A DNA stretch of 64,000 nt from the NCBI GenBank assembly GCA_048885525.1, contig JBHLLP010000012.1:1-64000 (forward strand). The letters run 5' to 3'. The DNA is from Candidatus Hermodarchaeota archaeon. Its GTDB lineage: Archaea; Asgardarchaeota; Lokiarchaeia; Sigyniarchaeales; SOKP01. The notes below the pieces were generated by a model. The model was not told the DNA's origin. It worked only from the letters and a program-made list of their open reading frames with translations, and made no database searches. The translations under genes and the position numbers were made by a program. The number at the start of each line of letters is the position of its first letter. The stretch's first letter is position 1. Positions 10,451 to 20,517 of the stretch are shown here, in pieces.

Positions 10451-11044
10451 TTAAAATGGTTTTTTAAATATTTTAGTTATCCTTTTTCGCGTCATATAAG
10501 CTGAGATCCCAATAATAGACAAGAATATAATTATATGAGAATAACCTGGAATATCATTTGGTTGATATAAATCCCATGAAGTAAGTATTAAGGTACGTTG
10601 AGGATGGTCAGCTTCTACTATGATTCCCGTGGCTATGTCAATAATTTCATATTCTTCGGGATTGATCATAAAGGTTTTACAGACTGTTATCAATCTCAAT
10701 GCGTAAGTATGGTTGTATGTTCCATATATAGAACTCATTGTTGCTGTCCAAGTGTCATCATGAATAAAATCATTAGAAATTATCTGATTTGAATTAAAGG
10801 CTCCATTTACGTAATTATCTGCTCGAACTTCTGTTGTTGAGATGCTTGTTACATTAAAGCTATAATAATCTTTACTATCAATTCTAACTGTCCACTTAAA
10901 CCCTATTGATATCCCTTTATAATCCGCTGTTCTTAATCGAGAAAAAGTGTCTTCATATGATCGAATATTTCCAATATTGCTGAAAATACATAAAAAGATT
11001 ATGATCGGGATTATATTAGGAAGAAATTTTCTGAGTTTTTTCAT
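10451..11044 (-). CDS. Secreted protein with Loki-CTERM-type (IPGY-TM-basic) sorting signal
   Basis: N-terminal signal; C-terminus DIPGYSHIIIFLSIIGISAYMTRKR. Confidence 0.7.
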   Translation of the reverse strand: MKKLRKFLPNIIPIIIFLCIFSNIGNIRSYEDTFSRLRTADYKGISIGFKWTVRIDSKDYYSFNVTSISTTEVRADNYVNGAFNSNQIISNDFIHDDTWTATMSSIYGTYNHTYALRLITVCKTFMINPEEYEIIDIATGIIVEADHPQRTLILTSWDLYQPNDIPGYSHIIIFLSIIGISAYMTRKRITKIFKKPF

Positions 11045-11298
11045 TTTAAATTACTTTCCACCTTTTTACTTTCTATTATTAACTAGATGGTCTTTAGATA
11101 TATATTTAGATGTATATAACTTCTATCGAACAATTTAAATAATGTCTAAATATTTCATTAGGTTAATAATTTATGAATTAAATTGCAAACAGAATTTAGC
11201 TCATAAATACTTCGATTTAAATTGAAGTTAATGTACTTTTTTTTGAGCATTTCCATATCTGATTATGTTCTTTAGTTATAATTGCAATTTTTTTTTTA

Positions 11299-11748
11299 TT
11301 ATAGATAAGGTAAAAATTTATCTAGAGTTATTTTTGCCCCTATTTTCGATGGAATTTCAACTGCTTTCTTTACATCATTATAAGAATAACCCTTATTATA
11401 TAAATTTTCTATTACTGGAGAGAAAACCTTTTTATAATATTTATCTCCAATTTTATTAATAATTTTATCGAATTCCTTGGTTGCTATCCATTTCTCTTGT
11501 TTTCTATGAGTAATTGATACCCCTTTCTCCTTTCCTTTTTGTTCTAATTTATATTTCTGGGGTTCTTTTCCTAGCCGCGCTTGATATCCAACAATAGCAA
11601 TCACAATTCCATGGATCTTTGCCTCTTCTTCATTATGTCCAGCTTTAAGCCAATCAATACGATGATATTCGGAGATTATATCCCATTTACCTATCTTAAT
11701 TAATTTCATTTCTTCTATTTCTTTTGAGTTAAAGCCGTTAGGTATCAT
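11299..11748 (-). CDS. Hypothetical protein
   Basis: 149-aa ORF with ATG start and normal composition; no recognised motif. Confidence 0.6.
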   Translation of the reverse strand: MIPNGFNSKEIEEMKLIKIGKWDIISEYHRIDWLKAGHNEEEAKIHGIVIAIVGYQARLGKEPQKYKLEQKGKEKGVSITHRKQEKWIATKEFDKIINKIGDKYYKKVFSPVIENLYNKGYSYNDVKKAVEIPSKIGAKITLDKFLPYL

Positions 11749-12027
11749 GTAATTAGCTATAATTTTTACTGTACACTTTTAAAAATAAATAAGTAATTTG
11801 CTATTTTAATTCTTTTAGTTGTGTGTTAAAATAATATATATTATTTTAAGAATGAAGCGAGTAGTGATTAAGATTACTTAAAGAGTGCTGATGCAGATTC
11901 TCGGGAATTAGCCAAGAAAATTAGGAATATTTTATAGTATAAGGTTTTTTTCAATCTTTTCTACTAATTTTGAAAAAAGTTAAATATATTTTTTATAGTT
12001 CTGAGCATCTTTTTCAAATTAATTCAT

Positions 12028-12699
12028 TTATTTCTTAAGAATTATTTTCATCCAACCATCAGTCAATATCAATTGGAATTTTTTATTAAATTTTGTGTGT
12101 TCAAGAAGCCTTTTAATTTTGGTATTGTATAATTTCCATGGAAAGCCATGTGCTTTCTGGATTTGGCTAACAATATGATATTTAAAAGATCCATATTGAC
12201 GTTTTAATTTAAGAATTTCATCCTTAGGGGGATTTGAGCATCCATCATAAATCCAAGCTTCGCTACCATGTTTTAACACACGATAACACTCATTGAAAAC
12301 CTTGAGAGGGTGCTTCCAGTGATGAAATGAACCCGTGCTAGCGATAAAATCGACAGAATTGTTTTCAAAAGGAATATTTATAGCATTTGCTAATTTAAAA
12401 TTTACATTTTTAAAACCTTTTGCATTACTCGTAGCAATTTCAACCATTTTTCTACTCAAATCAATCCCATAAATATTTAACTTAGGTGCTCTTTTTGCGA
12501 TTTCTATTGATAAGAAACCGGTACCTGACCCTACATCAATAAGAATTCCTTTATCTATTTTTTGAACAATATCTTGGGCAATTCTTAATTCCGGTTTACT
12601 CAAAATTATTTTTACAAGAGCATTATAAAGAATTGCACCAGGGGTAGGGATTGCTTCAAATTTTACTTGGATATCTCTAATAATTTTTGCTAAACCCAT
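12028..12699 (-). CDS. Class I SAM-dependent methyltransferase
   Basis: IDVGSGTG, GIDLS, IPFENNSVD, SFHHW, RVLKHG. Confidence 0.9.
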   Translation of the reverse strand: MGLAKIIRDIQVKFEAIPTPGAILYNALVKIILSKPELRIAQDIVQKIDKGILIDVGSGTGFLSIEIAKRAPKLNIYGIDLSRKMVEIATSNAKGFKNVNFKLANAINIPFENNSVDFIASTGSFHHWKHPLKVFNECYRVLKHGSEAWIYDGCSNPPKDEILKLKRQYGSFKYHIVSQIQKAHGFPWKLYNTKIKRLLEHTKFNKKFQLILTDGWMKIILKK

Positions 12700-12964
12700 T
12701 TGTGTATTCTCTTTTATGATTATAATTATACTTTGAATTTTCTTTCGTCATATATCACATTTTCTCTTGAAATAATGATTTACTTCTGAAATAGTCTTTT
12801 TTGCATCTACTCTTTGTTTTCAATATTTCGATAAGTTATTCAAATATTTAAATATTGGAATTAGTCAACAAAATCAAGAGAAGATTAAAAAAAGATTATA
12901 ACTAAAGAATAATTTATCATCAATCTTGTTTATATTGATAAATCCCAAAATTAAATGAAAAATA

Positions 12965-13357
12965 ATGTCGAGCAATCAATCTGAAAATATTGAAGATATT
13001 GAAATTAAATCTATAAAAAAGGCTATTATGGATTATTACCATGAAGGGCATGTTAAGAGCGATCCAGAACTCTATAAAAAAATCTTGCATGATGAATGGA
13101 AGTTTTTTCTATTCAATGAGAATAATCAATTAAGAATAGTTGATAAAGAAGAGTATTTATCTTGGTATGATCCAGAAAAAGTGAATAAAGACTTAACTTG
13201 GACTACTGAGTTTTATAATATTGATGTAACTGGGAATAATGCTGCTGTAAAATTAAGAATAGAATGTGAGGAAGTTGGATATATTGATTACTTTAACCTA
13301 ATGAAAATTAACGATAAATGGTGGATCGTCCATAAAATTTCACATAAAATCAAATAA
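12965..13357 (+). CDS. NTF2-like (lumazine-binding-2-type) protein
   Basis: IDVTGNNAAVK..YIDYFNLMKINDKWWIVHK. Confidence 0.8.
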   Translation: MSSNQSENIEDIEIKSIKKAIMDYYHEGHVKSDPELYKKILHDEWKFFLFNENNQLRIVDKEEYLSWYDPEKVNKDLTWTTEFYNIDVTGNNAAVKLRIECEEVGYIDYFNLMKINDKWWIVHKISHKIK

Positions 13358-13384
13358 AATTATTTCAAAATATTTTCTTTTTTT

Positions 13385-14329
13385 TTAAGAGAAATTAAAT
13401 TTTTTAAAAATTTTAGCTATATTCTTTATGTGACGATGATTTGTGCCACAGCATCCCCCTAGGATTCTGACATTTGAGTTTAAATATAAATCTATCATCC
13501 TTTTCGCCCAAGTGCGTGGGTTTTCAGAAACCGTTTTGTTAAGTAATTCTAATTCTTCAGGACTCTTAGCAGAACCATTCGCTTGTAATCCCATAAGTCG
13601 AGTTCTTACTAGTTCCGTATTATTAGGGTCATTATTTATTGTACTTATACAATGATTTGGATGAATGCAATTTAGCATATAATAGAACGGTTTTGGTGAA
13701 ACAGAATTATCAATTACTGAAATTGCTTCATTAAGGGATGTTCCATCTAACAAAGTCCCATTTGGGCGAATAACAAAACTCAAAACATAATCAATATTTG
13801 ATTCTGCCATAGCTTTAGCCATACCTAGAGCCTCTGAAGAAGCTGGTAAAGTGGACCCAAGTAAGAAGTCCACACCTGCTTCAGTTAGCTCTTTTACTTG
13901 AAATTTATGAAAATCGTGTGCCTTATCAGTTGGAAGAGCTTCTTCTGGATTATAGGCATCCCCTTTACAAGCCATTGGTCCTCCTATTGATATTTTATTA
14001 GCAAATTCCCCGTATTTCTCACGAATGTCAAATAAAAATTTAACACAATCAGCATTAACGTTTTTATTTTTTAATCCAGCTAATTCTATACGCTCCTGAT
14101 TTGCTCGCCAAGTAGGAGTAAGAATTAGAATTGGTAAGTTAAATTTATAGGCTACAGAGATATACTGATTATAGATTTTATCAAGTATTTTTTTTCCAAT
14201 AGTATCATAAATCATACCAGCATTCGCGATGTATTCGTCCAACTCAAATTTGAATTCTGTTTTTACTCTTTCGATAACAGCTCCTTCAGCAAGGATTAAA
14301 GGATTTTCTGAAATTAATTTTCTTAACAT
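13385..14329 (-). CDS. Homocysteine S-methyltransferase family protein
   Basis: EGA, TPTWRAN, MLNC and GGCCGT zinc ligands. Confidence 0.9.
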   Translation of the reverse strand: MLRKLISENPLILAEGAVIERVKTEFKFELDEYIANAGMIYDTIGKKILDKIYNQYISVAYKFNLPILILTPTWRANQERIELAGLKNKNVNADCVKFLFDIREKYGEFANKISIGGPMACKGDAYNPEEALPTDKAHDFHKFQVKELTEAGVDFLLGSTLPASSEALGMAKAMAESNIDYVLSFVIRPNGTLLDGTSLNEAISVIDNSVSPKPFYYMLNCIHPNHCISTINNDPNNTELVRTRLMGLQANGSAKSPEELELLNKTVSENPRTWAKRMIDLYLNSNVRILGGCCGTNHRHIKNIAKIFKKFNFS

Positions 14330-14474
14330 AATTCCTTAGCTTCCTAACATTAAGTTTTAAAATTTACTTATTAACATAAAAGAATCATAAAGAATTTTAA
14401 AGATAGGAATTAATAAATATTTTGCTAGAGGACAAAAAATAATTGTAAATACTTTAGATTAATTTTAAAAGAGT

Positions 14475-15635
14475 TTAGTACACTAAATTGGAATCATGCT
14501 CTTTTAAAGTATCTGTAAGAACCAAACAGACTTTCTCTAAAATTTTTGAATCAATTTTGTCGATGGTATCATTAGGAGTATGCATAAAAGCATATGATTC
14601 TACACCACCTATTTCAAATCCCTGAAGCCCCCTATCTCCTAAAAAGCCTCCATCGGAATGTGTACCGAGGACTCTTTCCGTAAAGTAGTGTCTGATTGGA
14701 AGATTTCTTTTATTATTCAATAGTAAATGATTAATATGTCTAGCGTGATCTCCTTCATTTTCTCCAGGAAATAGAAATACTTGTTTAGCTATAGATTCAA
14801 AATTAAAGATTATTGATTTTTTGGGATCAAAATCCTTTAAATTATTATAAAATTGTCTTATACCCATTGTTCCGCATTCCTCAGCTCCAGTAAAAAGAAA
14901 CCACATGTTATAATTTTGTAATCTGTTTTCAGGGATGCTATAATAGTTTAATAGCTCTAAATTGCACGCGATACCTGACGCATTATCAATAGCGCCATCA
15001 GAACTATTATCCGTAGTGTTAATAAGCAGTATTATTGAGGTAAATATGTTAAATGTTAAAGGAACCAACCCGATAACATAAAATATGATTTCAAATCCTA
15101 TAAATATCAAATTTTTAAAGACTACATTAATAGCTAAAATAATTGAGGTAGCGATCCAAAGTCTTATAATTCTTATACGTATTCTAATCTTGAATCTTTG
15201 TCCTTTAGAATCCAGATGACTTATAAACAATAAAATTCTGTTATTATTCTTTATTTTATTAGTTAAGGATTTAACTTTTACTAAAAGGTTTTGTGAATTG
15301 AATTTTGGTCTAAACTGAATTTTTTCGGGTTTCCTCGTCAATATAATAGATGTAATCAATATACTAAGTAAAATAAATATTAAAATCATAGACGCAATCA
15401 GATCTACCTTCATATAAAGTAAAAATAATATTAATGAAGTAGATAAAAATGATATTTTGGGATATATTCTTGAATAAAATGAACTATATGTAAATTTTTG
15501 CATTTCAAATTCCAAATTTAAATTCTCTACTTCTTCTTTTACCTTATTAAACGCCTTAAGTTCGAATTCCGTGCCAGATAATCGAGGAAAAGAGAATTTT
15601 TTAAGATTCTTTTTAATGCGGGCTTCTTCAATCAT
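14475..15635 (-). CDS. Membrane-embedded M28 family peptidase
   Basis: SHLDS, GAIDNASG, GAEECG, HSD, HTPNDT, with inserted TM helices. Confidence 0.85.
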   Translation of the reverse strand: MIEEARIKKNLKKFSFPRLSGTEFELKAFNKVKEEVENLNLEFEMQKFTYSSFYSRIYPKISFLSTSLILFLLYMKVDLIASMILIFILLSILITSIILTRKPEKIQFRPKFNSQNLLVKVKSLTNKIKNNNRILLFISHLDSKGQRFKIRIRIRIIRLWIATSIILAINVVFKNLIFIGFEIIFYVIGLVPLTFNIFTSIILLINTTDNSSDGAIDNASGIACNLELLNYYSIPENRLQNYNMWFLFTGAEECGTMGIRQFYNNLKDFDPKKSIIFNFESIAKQVFLFPGENEGDHARHINHLLLNNKRNLPIRHYFTERVLGTHSDGGFLGDRGLQGFEIGGVESYAFMHTPNDTIDKIDSKILEKVCLVLTDTLKEHDSNLVY

Positions 15636-15887
15636 AATAATCGTAAAAATTTTTAAGAGATGTAGTATAAAAGAGTAAAAAATCTATATAGAGTATCATT
15701 GTACATTACCTATTAATATAGAGATTTTATGGTTTTTTATCTGGTTTTGTTTAATTGTAAGATTACAATTTAAAACAGATTAAGAACTTTCCTAAATATT
15801 TTGTCACTATGATTATTTGAACTTATATTTTATAAGGACATTAGAATTAAACTTTTAAATCAAAGCAGTCTATAATAAGTAATTTTT

Positions 15888-17027
15888 ATGAAGATCACGA
15901 AGTTACCTATTTTTATATTAATATTTAGTTTTGGTTTTCTATTTACTAATATTAGCATTCCAATAGGAGTAAGTATGACCCATTTCGATAATATACATGG
16001 ATCCTGTAGTATTTTTACCGCTGCAATTGGAGATACAGTACTTTTTGGTAATAATGAGGATTACCTTCTTGATGGAACATATATGTGGTTTTTTCCAAGT
16101 CAGAAGCTTGAGACTTCCAATGGAATAATGCAAACATATGGAGCAGTATTTTTTGGTTTTGATAATAATGATCATCCTGCTGATGGATATGTACAAGGAG
16201 GGATGAACGATAAGGGTTTATGTTGGGATGGGAATGGATTACCAGTTCTTCCCATGATTCCACACCCAGAACGAGAAGACACACATCAATATTTTCATTT
16301 TTTCATGGAAATTTTATGGGAATGTAGTACTGTTAATGAAACAATTGAATGGTATGAATCTCATTATCTCGGTGATGCTATTGCATGTCAGATGCATTTT
16401 GCTGACGCCACAGGGGATGCCGTAGTTATTAGCAGAGGACTTGATGGTGAGTTGGCTTTTACACGAATAAGTAACTCAACCCATTTAATTTCTACTAATT
16501 TTAATTTAGCAGATTATTCAAATGGATGGTATCCTTGTACACGATATTCTGCGGTAGATTTTTATCTTGAAAGCCTTTCTTCTGAAGAAGATCTCACTGT
16601 TAGTTACTGTGAGCATATATTGGATGTTGTATCTACTTCTCAAACCTCATATAGCAACATTTTTGACCTTCCTCGGCGCGATATTTATGTATATTATGAA
16701 AGTAGTTTTAATAGAGTTGAGAAACTAAATCTTGATGAAGAATTAGAAAATTTAACTACTGGAATGAATGGAGAACCTACTACACTTGGTTATAATACCT
16801 GGATTTTAGGGAATCTTACTTCAAATGCGATTCGAATTGGAGATCTTTTTCCATCTCAATATCCTTGGTTTCCTGAAACTCCAGATCCAGAAAATGTCTC
16901 ACTAAATCCTTGGCTTTTAATTCCATTCATTTTTGGAATAGGCAGTCTAACAGTTGGTGCAGTTACTGCAAGTATTTTTGGCTCTAAACGTCTTATAAGG
17001 TATTTCAAAAAACATAGAATTGAATAA
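15888..17027 (+). CDS. Secreted, C-terminally anchored Ntn-hydrolase, paralog 2
   Basis: SCSIF nucleophile, FGNNED, GGMNDKGL; co-linear with 7150..8301. Confidence 0.8.
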   Translation: MKITKLPIFILIFSFGFLFTNISIPIGVSMTHFDNIHGSCSIFTAAIGDTVLFGNNEDYLLDGTYMWFFPSQKLETSNGIMQTYGAVFFGFDNNDHPADGYVQGGMNDKGLCWDGNGLPVLPMIPHPEREDTHQYFHFFMEILWECSTVNETIEWYESHYLGDAIACQMHFADATGDAVVISRGLDGELAFTRISNSTHLISTNFNLADYSNGWYPCTRYSAVDFYLESLSSEEDLTVSYCEHILDVVSTSQTSYSNIFDLPRRDIYVYYESSFNRVEKLNLDEELENLTTGMNGEPTTLGYNTWILGNLTSNAIRIGDLFPSQYPWFPETPDPENVSLNPWLLIPFIFGIGSLTVGAVTASIFGSKRLIRYFKKHRIE

Positions 17028-17132
17028 AATATAATAGAGATTTTATGTTAATTACTGGACTCCATTTTATTAATTTATGTTAATTTATTACTCTTCTTTA
17101 AAGAGGATATAAGACAAATAAGGATTTGCAAA

Positions 17133-17597
17133 ATGAAAAAATTAGAATTGAAAGATGTAATTGATACAACCCTTCCTGAAAATGAAATCTTTGATAGAAT
17201 CATGGAGTTTTTTAGTCAAAACCAAATTAAAATAAAACAATTGAATAAAAAAAGTGTGATTGGTATGTATGGTTCTAGATTAAAAGCTCACACAAGAGGC
17301 ATTCGAGCTGATTCGTCAATTTTACCTGTAAAGATTACGATTAATTTACAAGATAAGGAGAACGCTACAGAATTGAGTATTCTTATGAAAAAAGGGTACA
17401 TTGGAATACCTCCGTTAGGGTTAAATAAGAAATATCTAATAATATTTGCAAGGTTAATGAATAGTTTAAAATTACAATTTTATAAACAAATGTACCTAAA
17501 AAAAGAAATAAGTAAATGTAGTAATTGTGGTAAGGATATTCTTTATGAAAATCAAAGATTCTGTGAATTGTGCGGTATCGACTTATTAGAAACTTAA
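17133..17597 (+). CDS. Hypothetical protein with C-terminal zinc ribbon
   Basis: CSNCG..FCELCG. Confidence 0.7.
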   Translation: MKKLELKDVIDTTLPENEIFDRIMEFFSQNQIKIKQLNKKSVIGMYGSRLKAHTRGIRADSSILPVKITINLQDKENATELSILMKKGYIGIPPLGLNKKYLIIFARLMNSLKLQFYKQMYLKKEISKCSNCGKDILYENQRFCELCGIDLLET

Positions 17598-17654
17598 TAT
17601 CACATTAAATCTTATTCTTTTATCTTTAACGATATTCAAATTATTTAACAACTA

Positions 17655-18581
17655 TTATAATTTTAACTCCCATTGTTCTTCGGTTAAATCTTGCCCCCAT
17701 ATACAATGAGTTTTTGATTCTACTAATTGAAATCCATACTTTTCATATAATTTCCGCGCTATTATAAGATAACTAAATGTCCCTAAAATAACTTTTTGAT
17801 AACCTCGATTTTTACAAAAACTTAGAGCTTCAAGCACTAATTTATTGCCGATTCCTTTATTACGTTCATGAGGTTCAACAAGTAGCCAACGTAATTGTGC
17901 GATTTTCTCTTCAAATTTCACAATGGCAATCGAACCGATAATCTCAGTTCCCTTCTCTACAATCCACAAAGATTCTTTAAAGGGATCATAGTTTTCAATA
18001 AATTTTGCCATGTATTTAGCCACATAAGCTTCAAATGTTTCATCAAGCTGATATTCATTAGCATAAATCACTCCATGTCGATACGTAATATATCCAATAT
18101 CACCAGGTTTGTGAGAACGTATACTATAAAATTTTGATTTCTCTGTCTCAGGCTTTAAAATTCTTTCAATAGTTCCCATAGCAGCAACAAGTCGATTCTT
18201 ATCCTCATCTGTTATATTATCAAGCAGCGTTTTAATTTGTTCATTTGCTTTTTCTTGTAGTTCTGAAATAAGTTCTTGCCCTTTAGAAGTTAATGAAAGC
18301 AATTGTTTACGCATATCGTTGGTTGATTGCTCTTTTCGAATTAAATCTTTCTTTTCAAAACTACTTAATATTCGACTAAGATAAGCTGGATCTAGATTAA
18401 GCAGTTTGACAAGTTCAGTCGCAGTTGAGGTTGATAAACGATTAAGTTCGAACATAATTCTCACCTCAGTTAAAGAATGCGCACTCTTTAATAGGGTTCT
18501 ATCTAGGAGCCCTAGCAAATTAGTATAGAACCGATTAAAACTTCGTATTTTTGCAATTCTTTCTAAATTAGTTTTCATCAT
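17655..18581 (-). CDS. MarR-family HTH/GNAT acetyltransferase fusion
   Basis: IRSFNRFYT, LDPAYLSRIL, D.R; GNAT RWLLVEP..RNKGIG, ARKLYEKYGF. ATG at 18581 (or 18578) preferred over TTG at 18629. Confidence 0.9.
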   Translation of the reverse strand: MMKTNLERIAKIRSFNRFYTNLLGLLDRTLLKSAHSLTEVRIMFELNRLSTSTATELVKLLNLDPAYLSRILSSFEKKDLIRKEQSTNDMRKQLLSLTSKGQELISELQEKANEQIKTLLDNITDEDKNRLVAAMGTIERILKPETEKSKFYSIRSHKPGDIGYITYRHGVIYANEYQLDETFEAYVAKYMAKFIENYDPFKESLWIVEKGTEIIGSIAIVKFEEKIAQLRWLLVEPHERNKGIGNKLVLEALSFCKNRGYQKVILGTFSYLIIARKLYEKYGFQLVESKTHCIWGQDLTEEQWELKL

Positions 18582-18616
18582 TCTATATCTAATAAAATGA
18601 TTTTTGAATTTAAATC

Positions 18617-18653
18617 TTGACAAAATCAACTAAATACTTGATATTATCAAGTA
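18617..18653. promoter_or_regulatory. Two TTGA-N5-TCAA palindromes, putative MarR autoregulatory operator
   Basis: TTGAcaaaaTCAA at 18617-18629 and TACTTGATA-t-TATCAAGTA at 18635-18653; the cores are 21 bp apart. Confidence 0.6.
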
Positions 18654-18803
18654 GTTTTTTATTATAAAAATTCCAATTTTATAGAATAAGGGCTTGTTTT
18701 ACCATTTTTATATGATGTATCTTCGGATAAACAAATCTTTTTTCAACTCCTGTAATCTCATTAAAAAATTGGTTTTTAAAAATGTACTTTTAGAAGTATA
18801 TTC

Positions 18804-19397
18804 ATGATTATAGATCACTGTGATAAAACACTCAGCATAAAAATAGTGTATTTTGGACCCGCATATTCGGGTAAGACTACTTCCATTAAATCATTATTCT
18901 CCCATTTTGGAAAGGGTGATGCGCTGCAAAGCATCGAAAGTACAGTTAAAAGAACCTTATTTTTTGATTATGGTACAATTACTTTCCAAAATGAAGAATG
19001 GAGGTTGAAGCTTCACATTTATACTACAACTGGTCAGGATTTCTATTTAATAACCAGACCAATTACTTTACGAGCAGTTGATGGCATTATACTTGTGCTG
19101 GACTCTCAAGAGGATGTATATGAACGTAACCTTACATCATGGAATGAACTTCTATCATATTTTAGAGATTGTATCGAAGATATTCCTATAATAATTGCAT
19201 TTAACAAACAGGATTTACCAGATAAATTTAATCCAAGAAATTTCTTAACAGAGATTGATTTTGATAAATATAAGAATATGGATTCACGATATACTATTGC
19301 AGTTAGTGGAGAGGGAATACTTGATTGTTTTGAGGATATATTAAGATTGGTATTAAGGAAGTTTTGCAAACATCGATTAATTTCAACTATAAACTGA
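18804..19397 (+). CDS. MglA-like small GTPase
   Basis: KIVYFGPAYSGKTT, RTLFFDY, YTTTGQ, NKQDL. Confidence 0.85.
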   Translation: MIIDHCDKTLSIKIVYFGPAYSGKTTSIKSLFSHFGKGDALQSIESTVKRTLFFDYGTITFQNEEWRLKLHIYTTTGQDFYLITRPITLRAVDGIILVLDSQEDVYERNLTSWNELLSYFRDCIEDIPIIIAFNKQDLPDKFNPRNFLTEIDFDKYKNMDSRYTIAVSGEGILDCFEDILRLVLRKFCKHRLISTIN

Positions 19398-19400
19398 TAC

Positions 19401-20327
19401 TTAATTTTCTGATTCAGCTGCTCGGTTAATGAGGTCTTTTATCCATGTAAATTTTGCAGGATTGTGTTTCATGGTTTCTCTAAGTAGCTCTTGAGCTTTA
19501 TCATTATTGGGTTCAATTTCTAACAAGTAATTACAAAAATCCAATGCCATTTCATAGAACTCAAGTTCATAAGAGATTGATGCCAAATTAAATAAAGCAT
19601 TTACATCGGATGGGTTTTCTAATACAACTATATTAAGATTTTTATTAATTTCCATATACGCTTCAATATACTTCAGTACCTTTTCTGCTGGTTCGATAAT
19701 TTTCTCGTGACCTTCGCAAAGAATATCAATTGCAAGGTTACGGTTTAATAATTTCTTCATTGAGTTAATATAAATTTCTAAATTCCCTCCTTGAAAATTA
19801 ATAGCTATCCCTGGTAGGTCTCCAGCAAAAAGGATCCTTTTATCATCCGTTTCTAAAAGATATGCTACAGATCCCGGAGTATGTCCTGGAATGTGAATAC
19901 ATTTAAACTCATAATTTCCAAATCTTAAAATCTCATTATCATTTTTCAGTATTCTATTAATTTTAACGGGTTCATATTTATAATCTGGAAATATTTGTTC
20001 AATATTAGGATTTCTTATCTTTAGCTCATTATCTTCAGCATCTAGCTCATGGGCATAAAATTTGATATTCGTATTAAATTCTTTAAGTTTATAACATATA
20101 CCATAATGGTCTATATGACCATGTGTAATAAGACAGTGCTTAATATCTTTCAAATCAAACCCTTCTTTCTCTATAACTTGTATCGGTTCAATATCCAATC
20201 CCGCGTCTATCAATACTAACCCATCATCACTTTTAGTATCGACCATGTAAACACAACACCCTCGAACATTAGGGTCATATGGTTTAACAATATACACATT
20301 ATCTACGATGGTTTTCATTTTCACCAT
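19401..20327 (-). CDS. MBL-fold metallo-hydrolase with C-terminal TPR
   Basis: THGHIDH, PGHTPGS, FAGD, GH; TPR-like segment ..LEIEPNNDKA. Confidence 0.85.
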   Translation of the reverse strand: MVKMKTIVDNVYIVKPYDPNVRGCCVYMVDTKSDDGLVLIDAGLDIEPIQVIEKEGFDLKDIKHCLITHGHIDHYGICYKLKEFNTNIKFYAHELDAEDNELKIRNPNIEQIFPDYKYEPVKINRILKNDNEILRFGNYEFKCIHIPGHTPGSVAYLLETDDKRILFAGDLPGIAINFQGGNLEIYINSMKKLLNRNLAIDILCEGHEKIIEPAEKVLKYIEAYMEINKNLNIVVLENPSDVNALFNLASISYELEFYEMALDFCNYLLEIEPNNDKAQELLRETMKHNPAKFTWIKDLINRAAESEN

Positions 20328-20517
20328 TAATTCATCTTTGATTTAAAGTGAAGTTAAATATTTATTTTATTTTAAAAGACTTTGGATAATACTGATTTTT
20401 TGTGGAGATATTGAGCCTAATATTCTGATTTTTTCAAAATTTTAAGTAGAATAAATCTTTCTTAGTATTAATTTTGAAATAGCAAAACTAATAAAAATTA
20501 GTTTAAGGGCGGTTTTT

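Noticed and set aside
11850-11940. Short coding-like stretch (DYLKSADADSRELAKKIRNIL*)
   Set aside because: It is too short, has no convincing start and cannot be assigned to a family.
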